IMG/VR virus record: IMGVR_UViG_3300033149_002674
Span: 3,971-67,970 of that record
From: a virus
Strand: one strand, 5' to 3'
DNA: 64,000 bases
Shown here piece by piece: positions 38,769-46,959 of this stretch (position 1 is its first letter; each line of letters begins with the position of its first letter). Position numbers and translations under genes: made by a program. The notes beneath the pieces were generated by a model. The model saw nothing but the letters and a program-made list of their open reading frames with translations, was not told the DNA's origin and made no database searches.

Positions 38769-39426
38769 TGCAATAGAAGATATTTACAATGTTCATCTAA
38801 ACCCAAAGACGGGTAAGATAACAACAGACGGAGCCAAACTCCTAGAAGTGATCCACAGGTATGCAAGCGCAAATATACCTGTGGATTATTGGTTTCGTGA
38901 GATGGATAAGTTCGAGGGTGATGACTCTCTTGTAAGGTCGTACAAAGAGATGACCGCTTCTGTAAAGAAGTCTTACGACGATGGTAAGAACTACTGCTTT
39001 GCTGGAGCCCACGGTAGAGGCAAGACAATGACCGCTTGCTGCATGCTGAAGCGTGTAGTTGAAACTGGTAAGTATAACGCTCTGTACGTTAACCTTACAG
39101 ATATCGTTAACCTCATGGCCTCTTACTCATCAGAAGACAGAGAGGTCAAGTCAGCGGCCAGAAAGCTTCTGCTATCTGTAGACTTCCTGGTTATTGATGA
39201 GTTCGATTCAAGGTTCATGGGAACTGATAACGCTACTGACCTTTTCGGTCGTATGCTTGAGCCTGTTCTACGTTCTAGAATTCAGAATAAGCTCCCCACA
39301 ATTTTTTGCACCAATAACACCGAGCCAGACTCTCTATTCAATGGCGCTCTTAAGCAGAGCTTCAAGTCACTCATGCAGAGAGTTAAGACTGTAAACATCC
39401 TCGGTACAGATTTCAGGAAGAAATAA
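38704..39426 (+). CDS. DnaC/IstB-like AAA+ ATPase (helicase loader)
   Basis: Walker A GAHGRGKT, Walker B LVIDE, RIQNKLPTIFCTN; adjacent to the DnaB-like gene. Confidence 0.85.
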   Translation: METLNYSETNPFFGIPQKKINNAIEDIYNVHLNPKTGKITTDGAKLLEVIHRYASANIPVDYWFREMDKFEGDDSLVRSYKEMTASVKKSYDDGKNYCFAGAHGRGKTMTACCMLKRVVETGKYNALYVNLTDIVNLMASYSSEDREVKSAARKLLLSVDFLVIDEFDSRFMGTDNATDLFGRMLEPVLRSRIQNKLPTIFCTNNTEPDSLFNGALKQSFKSLMQRVKTVNILGTDFRKK

Positions 39427-40865
39427 TGGCAGACATCGATTACAATATCCTTAAGGTCCTTGTTACGGACCAAACTGCAGGCATGGATTTCGTCTGCAAC
39501 AATGACGTATCTCTCTTCGACTTCGCTATTCGTGACGAAGCGAAGATGATTTTCGACTTCGTTAAGACATACAAGACGGTTCCTACCAAGAGAACTCTTA
39601 TCGGTAGGTATGCTGAATCTCCTCAAGACCTGGAGCGTATTGATAAGCTCTGGAAAGATATCGAGGAGCACCAGTACGATACGAAGGACTACAAGTTTGA
39701 CCTAGATAACATGAAGGAGCGCTTTAAGAAGCGTTCTGTTAAGTCTATCTCTTCAGCTATGACTGAGAAGATGGAGCAAGGACTAGAGCCTGATGTTATC
39801 CTCAAGGATGTAGCTCTAAGACTTCAGCAAGCCTCTGTTGTTAATGAGGGACGCTCTCATATCCAGATGTCAGCTGGTGACTACATCGAAGAGTTCAAGG
39901 ATAGGTATGAGTCCAAGAAGAACTCTGATGGTGAGATATCAGAGATCAAGACTGGCTATTCCATGCTTGATTCTGTTACTGGCGGGCTATCACCAGCAGA
40001 GCTTGTTGTTATCGGTGGTGAAACTAACGCTGGTAAGTCCATGCTTCTCAATAACATGGCTGTCCAGATGTGGATGCAGGAAAATACTCTTGACACTGAT
40101 CCAGAGGAGTTTAAGAAGGGGTATTCAATTCTATACTTCTCTCTTGAGATGCCTTATGCAGACTGCTTCGATAGGTTCCTAGCTAGAGTTGCAGAGATAC
40201 CTCAGCGTTCAATTAGAGATGCTGTGCTTGATGAAGACCAGCTTGAGCGCAAGGCTAAGGCTCTTAAGTTCATTGATGAGTATCAGAAGGCTGGCAATCA
40301 CTTCAATATCGTAGACGTTCCAAGAAACGTGACGATTGAAGAAGTTGAGCTTAGATATCAGGATGCTCTGCTTCAGTTCCGTCCAGATGTGGTTGTAGTT
40401 GACTACATGGGTCTTATGCATGACCCAGCTAAGGCTAAGGAGCAGGACTGGTTGAAGATGGGTGCTATTGCCGCATCTCTTCACGAGTTCTCCAGAGCTT
40501 ATGACTGCGTAATGCTAACAGCTGTACAGCTTACTGATATCAAGCGTGGCTCTAAGACTAAGGGTGAGCAGGATGAGTCTCAGAAGGTTGGCGTTCACAG
40601 AATTGGACGTTCATCTCACATCATGCACCACGTTAATATCGGCATTCAGATTGAGACCAGATTGAATGAAAGGTCTCTTCCTGATATGAGATATCATGTT
40701 ATCAAGAACCGTAAGGGTCCGCTTGGTCAGGGTAATATGATCAAGAACTTTGAGTGCGCTTCTCTTTATGATGTTCCTTATGTGGATGATACTCCATCTG
40801 GAGATGATGTATCTGAGAATATTGAGGATCTGATCAAAAAGGTCAGAGATGCCAACGAAGGATAA
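39426..40865 (+). CDS. DnaB-like replicative helicase
   Basis: TGYSMLDSVTGG, GGETNAGKS, YFSLEM, VVVDYM, TAVQL, KNRKG. Confidence 0.92.
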   Translation: MADIDYNILKVLVTDQTAGMDFVCNNDVSLFDFAIRDEAKMIFDFVKTYKTVPTKRTLIGRYAESPQDLERIDKLWKDIEEHQYDTKDYKFDLDNMKERFKKRSVKSISSAMTEKMEQGLEPDVILKDVALRLQQASVVNEGRSHIQMSAGDYIEEFKDRYESKKNSDGEISEIKTGYSMLDSVTGGLSPAELVVIGGETNAGKSMLLNNMAVQMWMQENTLDTDPEEFKKGYSILYFSLEMPYADCFDRFLARVAEIPQRSIRDAVLDEDQLERKAKALKFIDEYQKAGNHFNIVDVPRNVTIEEVELRYQDALLQFRPDVVVVDYMGLMHDPAKAKEQDWLKMGAIAASLHEFSRAYDCVMLTAVQLTDIKRGSKTKGEQDESQKVGVHRIGRSSHIMHHVNIGIQIETRLNERSLPDMRYHVIKNRKGPLGQGNMIKNFECASLYDVPYVDDTPSGDDVSENIEDLIKKVRDANEG

Positions 40866-41076
40866 GTACTCTAAGAAGCATAAGTGGAACGCTTATGATA
40901 TGACTATTTCTGAGCTAGAGAGGCTAGATAGGGGCTGGCTAAGGAATCACAAGTTTAGAATATGCAGAAAGTGCGGCTTAATAATGTACCATTCTTACGG
41001 TAATAATTGGCTTCCATTAAACGAAGATGAAAAGACAACATGTGATAAGAGAAGGATGTTTAACGCTTTGGAGTAA
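40849..41076 (+). CDS. Small Cys/His zinc-binding-like hypothetical protein
   Basis: 75 aa with HKW...CRKCG...C; overlaps the end of the DnaB-like gene. Confidence 0.5.
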   Translation: MPTKDKYSKKHKWNAYDMTISELERLDRGWLRNHKFRICRKCGLIMYHSYGNNWLPLNEDEKTTCDKRRMFNALE

Positions 41077-41079
41077 AAT

Positions 41080-41268
41080 ATGTCTAAATACGAAACAGTA
41101 GCAAAAGCTATAAGATTAGAGGTTGACGAATCTAAGGATGATGTTTATATTATCTTCAAGATAGTTGACGAACGCTTTAAACAAAAGGTTCGAGCGGACT
41201 GGAAGGAGGATATCGAAGTTAAACTGGTTAATAAAGAACTCGTTAAGGAAATTGATGCCACTATATGA
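41080..41268 (+). CDS. Small hypothetical protein
   Basis: 62 aa, GGAG RBS, in line with the operon. Confidence 0.6.
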   Translation: MSKYETVAKAIRLEVDESKDDVYIIFKIVDERFKQKVRADWKEDIEVKLVNKELVKEIDATI

Positions 41269-41566
41269 TTACAGATGCAAAAACTGCGGGCACACATTTG
41301 AAGCCCTACATAAGATAGCTGACCCAGGACCGTCAGAATGTCCAGAATGCGGACATAAAGAGGTAGGGAAGCTTATTTCAGCTGTACATGGCAAAGTTGA
41401 GCTAACGGGACACGAGCTTACAGCTAAGATTAAGGAAGACGCTAAGAAGCTTAAGGCTGAGTCCGCTACTAACGAAAAAGTTAGAGCTAACCTCGTAGGA
41501 GAGGATAAGTACCAAGCGAATGTGGTAATGGACGATAAAATTCGCAAAGAAATCGGAAAGGAATGA
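41255..41566 (+). CDS. FmdB-family zinc-ribbon protein
   Basis: The true start is MPLYDYRCKNCGHTFE...CPECG...KLIS, preceded by an AAGGA RBS. The ORF-track start at 41165 is an upstream extension. Confidence 0.85.
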   Translation: MPLYDYRCKNCGHTFEALHKIADPGPSECPECGHKEVGKLISAVHGKVELTGHELTAKIKEDAKKLKAESATNEKVRANLVGEDKYQANVVMDDKIRKEIGKE

Positions 41567-41573
41567 GGATCCG

Positions 41574-41720
41574 ATGGTTACTTTATCACAAGATAGATTG
41601 CAAAATATCATCGATAGAATAAAAGCCATAGTAGATCTTGAAGACCAAGAGATCAAAAACTACACGCTATTAGCTCTGATTGAAGAGTTAGAAGAGCTAC
41701 AGCGTTCTGATAAGGAATAA
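41574..41720 (+). CDS. Small 48-aa hypothetical protein (below the ORF-track cutoff)
   Basis: GAGGA RBS, MVTLSQDRLQNIIDRIKAIVDLEDQEIKNYTLLALIEELEELQRSDKE*. Its stop abuts the sigma factor ATG. Confidence 0.6.
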   Translation: MVTLSQDRLQNIIDRIKAIVDLEDQEIKNYTLLALIEELEELQRSDKE

Positions 41721-42371
41721 ATGAGTAATGTTAGCGATGAAGAAGCAGAGAAACTATTGCAGGAATTTGTTACACTTAGAGACAGGTGTGTTAAGTCAAA
41801 GTCCAAGTCCCTACGTTTAAAGTACGATAGGTGCAAGCAGACCTGCGCAGAAAAATTCGATTACATAGTGAAGAATAAGGTTAGGAAGTACCGCAACTTC
41901 TCTAACTATGATGACCTTCTTCAAGACGGCAGACTAGCTCTGATGTTAGCTTTAGATTCATATAAGCTAAATCAGGGCTCTTGGTTTTGGTGGGCTAATC
42001 AATATGTCAAAACTAAGGTATCTAGAGAGGCGAATAGGCACTCCACCATAAAGATACCAATCAAGCAGACTAAGAACATTCTCCCATACAAGCTATCTCA
42101 GATGCCAGTAATTGCTGACACGTCAGCTTCTGCTCTTGAGAGTATTGAGGTTGTTGAGAATACAAGACTTGTTCATGGGGCTATCTCTAAACTTTCGCCA
42201 ATTCAGCGTAGAGTTATTGAGATGTATTTTGAGATAGGCTTTAAGGGAGTTGAGAAATCTTCCATATCTAAGATTTGTGAAGAGCTTGATATATCTCGTA
42301 AGGACTGTGTAAAAATACTATCTCAGGCTAAGAGGTCTCTAAAAGAGAATTTAGAGCATATTAGAGTATAA
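41721..42371 (+). CDS. Sigma-70 family RNA polymerase sigma factor
   Basis: Region-2-like YDDLLQDGRLALMLALDSY...FWWANQYV. Region-4-like LSPIQRRVIEMYF...SISKICEELDISRKDC. Confidence 0.8.
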   Translation: MSNVSDEEAEKLLQEFVTLRDRCVKSKSKSLRLKYDRCKQTCAEKFDYIVKNKVRKYRNFSNYDDLLQDGRLALMLALDSYKLNQGSWFWWANQYVKTKVSREANRHSTIKIPIKQTKNILPYKLSQMPVIADTSASALESIEVVENTRLVHGAISKLSPIQRRVIEMYFEIGFKGVEKSSISKICEELDISRKDCVKILSQAKRSLKENLEHIRV

Positions 42372-42376
42372 ATCGC

Positions 42377-42769
42377 ATGGAATACTCAATATACGTAAAT
42401 AGGGAAGATGTAGCTAAGGTCGAGGAAGAGGAGCTTAATAACTTTATCTACGCTATTATATCCGAAATAGGGATAGAAATTGACGAGATCTGGAAAGAAG
42501 GTGATCCTTTAGATATTGAGACCAAGGTTAAGCTAAGAAAATTGTTAGCGACTTACGATATTGATATAATACATGACGGGGATAGAGGATATAAAATCTA
42601 CTTCGAAGATACTATTGTTGGAGAGTGGTTTAAACCCCGAGTTGTTTTGAAAAAAGATTTGAAAGCACGTAGAGCCTCTCAGCGTGTTTTTTATGAAATA
42701 ATATTATGCTTCTCCTCTCCTTTTGAAGATGGAGAAGATGAAATAAATCAGGAGTATGAAGATGAGTGA
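42377..42769 (+). CDS. Hypothetical protein
   Basis: 130-aa ORF in line with the operon. Confidence 0.6.
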   Translation: MEYSIYVNREDVAKVEEEELNNFIYAIISEIGIEIDEIWKEGDPLDIETKVKLRKLLATYDIDIIHDGDRGYKIYFEDTIVGEWFKPRVVLKKDLKARRASQRVFYEIILCFSSPFEDGEDEINQEYEDE

Positions 42770-43043
42770 AGAAAAAATTACACCAGAAGAGTTGAGTGCA
42801 ATTACTGAAGCGGCTGTTAAGCGCAATACTGCTACTCAGGTAGCTGAGCGTGCTGTTCTTGAAGCTCGTAATGCAGAGCTACAGCATCAAGTTACTGTAC
42901 AGCATGTATTTATGAAGTATGGTCTTACGTTTAATGATAAGATTGATGATAACACTGGTGTTATCACTAGGAACACTGGTGTTATCACTGGTGGTGAGAA
43001 TAATGCTCCAGCTGAAACACCCGAAGAAGAAAGCGCCGAATAA
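42762..43043 (+). CDS. Hypothetical protein
   Basis: GGAG lies 7 nt upstream of the ATG at 42762. Helical N-terminus and acidic tail. Confidence 0.6.
   Translation: MSEEKITPEELSAITEAAVKRNTATQVAERAVLEARNAELQHQVTVQHVFMKYGLTFNDKIDDNTGVITRNTGVITGGENNAPAETPEEESAE
42951..42989 (+). repeat. 18-bp direct repeat with a 21-bp period (in-frame duplication NTGVIT)
   Basis: AACACTGGTGTTATCACT at 42951-42968 and 42972-42989. Confidence 0.85.
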
Positions 43044-43489
43044 TGAATATTCAAGATATTGCAGCATTAGTTCAGATTAGGAACTATGCTTTCTCTGTTA
43101 GAGAGGATAGGAATATATTTAGGGGAGCGACTTACGCAAAGGTAACTGAGCAAATTAATCGGATTGATAAGTTTCTATCCACTGTTCTTACTGAAGAAGA
43201 TCTTGTCAATATGGCTCTTGTTGCTGACCCTCCAAAGAAGGCTGTATCAAAGAAAAAGGCTCCTTCTAAAAAGAAAGAGCCTGTTAGGAAAACTATGGAG
43301 GTTCAAAAGAAAGAGGATGATATTAAGTCCGAAACTTCTGAGGTTTCAGACTCACAGATACCGCTTAAATTTGACGAGCCAAAGTCTGAGGGAAAGTCAG
43401 AAAAAGATCTTTCTGCCGATGAGGATGCGGATTTGATTGCTGCAGCCATCGCCAAACAGAAAGCAAAGATAGCTGATAAGAAGAAGTAA
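43043..43489 (+). CDS. Hypothetical protein with a Lys/Glu-rich low-complexity C-terminus
   Basis: 148 aa, coupled to the upstream gene by TAATG. Confidence 0.6.
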   Translation: MNIQDIAALVQIRNYAFSVREDRNIFRGATYAKVTEQINRIDKFLSTVLTEEDLVNMALVADPPKKAVSKKKAPSKKKEPVRKTMEVQKKEDDIKSETSEVSDSQIPLKFDEPKSEGKSEKDLSADEDADLIAAAIAKQKAKIADKKK

Positions 43490-43491
43490 AT

Positions 43492-44304
43492 ATGTTTGAT
43501 GAGCATTCAGAGTTAATAGTTTTAAAAGATGACCTTTGGCTTGAGCGACAGAAGAAAGCTGGAAAAGCTGTCTCTGCATGCCTTCGAACATTTGCTGATC
43601 AATGTAAGAATCCTTATATGCTTGGGCAACTTAGCTTAAAGTACATAGAGGAGTTCTGCATTGAGATAATAGAAGAAGCAGGCTGCACTCCAACCTTTCA
43701 GGGATATGATGGGTTTCCGGGTGCAGTTTGTTTATCTGTCAATAAAAATGTTGTCCATGGAGTTCCTACGAAATACATCCTACAACCTGGGGATGTTGTT
43801 ACTCTAGATCTTGGAGCAACTTATAAGGGCGCAATTGCTGATGCGGCATTTACTGCTATCTACGGTGAAGCTAAAGATCCTAAGCATCAAGAAATGCTTA
43901 AGCTATGTCAGCAGGGTTTAAATGCTGGTATTGATGCATTTGAAGAAGGTAAAAGAATCGGAGCTATTGGTTCTGCAATTTATCGAACTTTAAGGGATCA
44001 TGGTTATGGTATAATAACTGATTACGGTGGACATGGTATTAACTATGACCAGCCTCATGCTCCACCTTTTGTTGCTAACAAGTCTCATGGAAACGAGGGT
44101 CCAAGAGTTCAAAAAGGAATGTCTATAGCTATTGAGCCTATGCTTATTATGGGCGGCTCACCTAGAACTAGAACTTTAAAGGACAAGTGGACCATTGCTG
44201 GTAAAGACATTGGGTGTCACTTTGAACACTCTGTAACAATAGATTCTAAAGGTAATAAGCATATTATTACTGAACATGGAATGGATGCTGCGGATTATGT
44301 ATGA
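43492..44304 (+). CDS. map: Methionine aminopeptidase, type I
   Basis: FPGAVCLSVN..VVHGVP, TLDLG, IADAAFT, GGHGI, AIEPM, HFEHSV; the metal ligands D, D, H, E, E are all present. Confidence 0.93.
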   Translation: MFDEHSELIVLKDDLWLERQKKAGKAVSACLRTFADQCKNPYMLGQLSLKYIEEFCIEIIEEAGCTPTFQGYDGFPGAVCLSVNKNVVHGVPTKYILQPGDVVTLDLGATYKGAIADAAFTAIYGEAKDPKHQEMLKLCQQGLNAGIDAFEEGKRIGAIGSAIYRTLRDHGYGIITDYGGHGINYDQPHAPPFVANKSHGNEGPRVQKGMSIAIEPMLIMGGSPRTRTLKDKWTIAGKDIGCHFEHSVTIDSKGNKHIITEHGMDAADYV

Positions 44305-44618
44305 GCAAGGGATTTATACTGAATAAGTACTCAGAAAAGGTTGGCGAGTTTGACAATGCTAATTTTGATTCAATAGGCGTATGGAACCTATCACACGTTA
44401 GAGTTAATCAAGATCATATAGATATTGTAAAGATGTCAACTAAAGAGCCTTATCTATTTCTATTAGTTGAAGAAAGAGGTGCAGACTCTTTTGATGTTGT
44501 AGATTCATTAGGTGTTGGTCTTATGTTCTCCGAGTCAGAGTCGTGGTGTTCAACTAATGATATGGTTTTTAAAGAAGCTTGCTTTATAGAAAATAAAGGC
44601 AATAATTATGAGAATTAA
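44301..44618 (+). CDS. Hypothetical protein
   Basis: 105 aa, ATGA overlap with map. Confidence 0.5.
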   Translation: MSKGFILNKYSEKVGEFDNANFDSIGVWNLSHVRVNQDHIDIVKMSTKEPYLFLLVEERGADSFDVVDSLGVGLMFSESESWCSTNDMVFKEACFIENKGNNYEN

Positions 44619-44841
44619 TATAGATGGCGGATTTGTTGCAGCAGAGAAACAGGAATCTGGCAAGATTGCTTTCTCGGTTGGCTGTGAGCAGTTTAACCCT
44701 GATGGCACGAGAGCGCAGACATTAGTTAATACGGCATCATTAACTCAAGATGAATTAGTTGAGTTATTTAGCGATGTGTTTCCAAAAGAAGATGTCGAGG
44801 CCGACTCTAGTGAAGACTCTGAAGATGCCAGTGAGGCATAA
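44608..44841 (+). CDS. Hypothetical protein with an acidic tail
   Basis: 77 aa, in line with the operon. Confidence 0.55.
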   Translation: MRINIDGGFVAAEKQESGKIAFSVGCEQFNPDGTRAQTLVNTASLTQDELVELFSDVFPKEDVEADSSEDSEDASEA

Positions 44842-44852
44842 TTGGAGATAAT

Positions 44853-45155
44853 ATGAACATAAAGACAGCTTTAAAGAACGTAAACCGCCGTAACTTCACC
44901 AACAACACTCAGAAGGTTGCATATCGTCTGTTGAATGCAGATGGCTCTTGGGTTTCTAGAAAGGACCTTGAGCGGTCAGTTACATCAGCAGCAGCTCGCA
45001 TTAGAGATCTTCGTAAAGATAAGTTTGGAGCGTTTTCTGTAGAATGTGCATCAGCATCTTCTCTAAACCGCAGAGGAGACAGAGGGACATTTTTCTATAG
45101 AATCAGACCAACCTCTGTTAAGAAAACGCAAATTCAAGCGATTTTTGGCAGCTAA
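44853..45155 (+). CDS. Small basic winged-helix DNA-binding-like protein
   Basis: GGAG RBS. VSRKDL...SAAARIRDLRK...YRI fits a winged-HTH pattern. Confidence 0.6.
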   Translation: MNIKTALKNVNRRNFTNNTQKVAYRLLNADGSWVSRKDLERSVTSAAARIRDLRKDKFGAFSVECASASSLNRRGDRGTFFYRIRPTSVKKTQIQAIFGS

Positions 45156-45180
45156 AAAAAATTAAACAAAATCATGAGCT

Positions 45181-45218
45181 AAGCCCTGGGGATTAATACT
45201 CCCTGGGGCTTTTTGTTT
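45181..45218 (+). terminator. Rho-independent terminator separating the replication/regulatory block from the fibre block
   Basis: Hairpin AAGCCCTGGGGA-TTAATAC-TCCCTGGGGCTT (two G-U pairs) followed by TTTGTTT. Confidence 0.8.
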
Positions 45219-45220
45219 GG

Positions 45221-45287
45221 TGCATATTTCGGAATATAATTGAAAAAGTACCGTTAATCATGCTTCATTGTAACTTCCGGAATATAA
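45221..45287 (+). promoter_or_regulatory. Candidate promoter region of the fibre operon
   Basis: Direct repeat CGGAATATAA at 45230 and 45278, a TATAAT hexamer at 45235, and TAAT-N7-CAT at 45255-45268. Confidence 0.4.
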
Positions 45288-46958
45288 ATGGCCATAGAAA
45301 TAAAATACTCAGTATATCCGTCTGCTATAGATAGCGGTAGCCAGTTACCACTTATTTGTGACAACATAACTGAAGTTAACGCTGAGGCAATGAATAGGCA
45401 CCGTTCCGCCATCATTGCCATAGAGGGCGAGCTGGGTATTGATCCGTCAGGTGTTTATACTACAGTTAGAGCAAGGCTGGATGCCTTAGAACAACTGATA
45501 GCAAACCTAGGTGGCGGCTCAGGCATCACAAGCGTCCTCGATGAGGGCGTTTTAATCGATAATGCGGCTTCTTCTCTTAATTTTGTTGGTGATATCATCA
45601 CTGCAACATCAGATGGGTCTGGAAATATTACAGTAGAGGTTGATGGCTATGCAGGAGCTGCTATTCAGAGACAGGAAACAATTCCTGTATTAGTACCTGC
45701 TCAGACAGCATTCACACTAACTGAAACCCCAGCTGATTCTTCAGCTGTTGAAATGTTCATCAATGGTATCAAGCAGCAATATGGTGTCGATTATGTAGGC
45801 GTAGGTACAGCTATTACATATTTATCAGACGCATCCTATTCACTAACTCCAGCTGATGTTGTTGAGTTTTGGTATTTAGTAAGCGGTGTCATCCTCGGAA
45901 GCGGTGGAACTGACCTTACAATTCAGGAAGCTGGTGTAACAGTTGATACACAAACAGCTCTCATTAACTTCACCTCTGGTGCATCTATCACATCAGGCGG
46001 TCCAGGCATTGTTAACGTTGAGATTTCAGGCGGTGACCCAATTGTGCAGGAGCAGGAGACAATACCTGTTACATTTAATGGTCAGGCCATGTTCACGCTC
46101 TCTCAACAGCCTTTGGATAATGATGCTGTTCAGATGATTGTAAATGGCATCAAGCAGCAATATGGAGCTGATTATTCAGTATCCTCTGGGATTGCTAACT
46201 ATACTGGCATTCCTGCATTAATTACTACTGATATTGTTGAGTTCTGGTACATTGTTGATGGGTATGCTGGTCCAGCACTGGGAAGCCAGACATGGGGTGA
46301 AACCCTTGGTCTTGGAAATACCTCAGATGGTTATAACGTTGTATTAACATCAAGCTCGATAATAACAACACCTGACACTAATGGTAATAATGTTTATGAC
46401 TTAACCATTCAGCCAGGTGATGTTCTTTCCGGTAACGGTGATGGTGGTAACTTAATACTTAATCCAACACCAGGATCTGGTACTGGTTCTGATGGTTATG
46501 TTGTTATCAACGGTCTGTCTTGGCCGTTTGCAGATGGTACTGCAGGGCAGGCAATTGTCACTGATGGCTTCGGTAATCTTTCTTTTGGAAATGTTGCTGG
46601 CACATCTGAAGAAATTGAAGTTGCAGGAGATATAACAACTAATGATGCGACACCTACTGTAATAATTACTGAGACTCCAGCAGACGGAACTGTCACCCAT
46701 ATCGAGGTTAAATTTGCTGCATACTCAGCAGCAACCCCAGAGGGCGCAACATTTAAGATTCAAGGCTCATTTAGAACAGATGCTGGAGTAACATCACAAA
46801 TTGGCACTACAGCGATAACTCACATTGAAAGAGAAGACCTGGCTTGGGAGGTAGATTTTAATCTTCCAGGTGGAGTAGATATTCAAGTTCAGGTTACAGG
46901 CGATGCAGCTAATCCAACCAACTGGAGAGCTGTGGCTAAAATGGTACAGGTAGTATAA
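45288..46958 (+). CDS. Putative virion fibre/decoration protein
   Basis: 556 aa. Two internal repeats QETIPV...MxxNGIKQQYGxDY...DxVEFWY, WPFADGTAGQAIVTDG, and a C-terminal module shared with the next gene. Four DGY motifs. Confidence 0.65.
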   Translation: MAIEIKYSVYPSAIDSGSQLPLICDNITEVNAEAMNRHRSAIIAIEGELGIDPSGVYTTVRARLDALEQLIANLGGGSGITSVLDEGVLIDNAASSLNFVGDIITATSDGSGNITVEVDGYAGAAIQRQETIPVLVPAQTAFTLTETPADSSAVEMFINGIKQQYGVDYVGVGTAITYLSDASYSLTPADVVEFWYLVSGVILGSGGTDLTIQEAGVTVDTQTALINFTSGASITSGGPGIVNVEISGGDPIVQEQETIPVTFNGQAMFTLSQQPLDNDAVQMIVNGIKQQYGADYSVSSGIANYTGIPALITTDIVEFWYIVDGYAGPALGSQTWGETLGLGNTSDGYNVVLTSSSIITTPDTNGNNVYDLTIQPGDVLSGNGDGGNLILNPTPGSGTGSDGYVVINGLSWPFADGTAGQAIVTDGFGNLSFGNVAGTSEEIEVAGDITTNDATPTVIITETPADGTVTHIEVKFAAYSAATPEGATFKIQGSFRTDAGVTSQIGTTAITHIEREDLAWEVDFNLPGGVDIQVQVTGDAANPTNWRAVAKMVQVV

Positions 46959-46959
46959 C

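Noticed and set aside
36219-40865. Inteins or introns in the helicase genes
   Set aside because: Protein lengths are ordinary, the motifs are contiguous, and I saw no intein C...HN-(C/S/T) boundaries.
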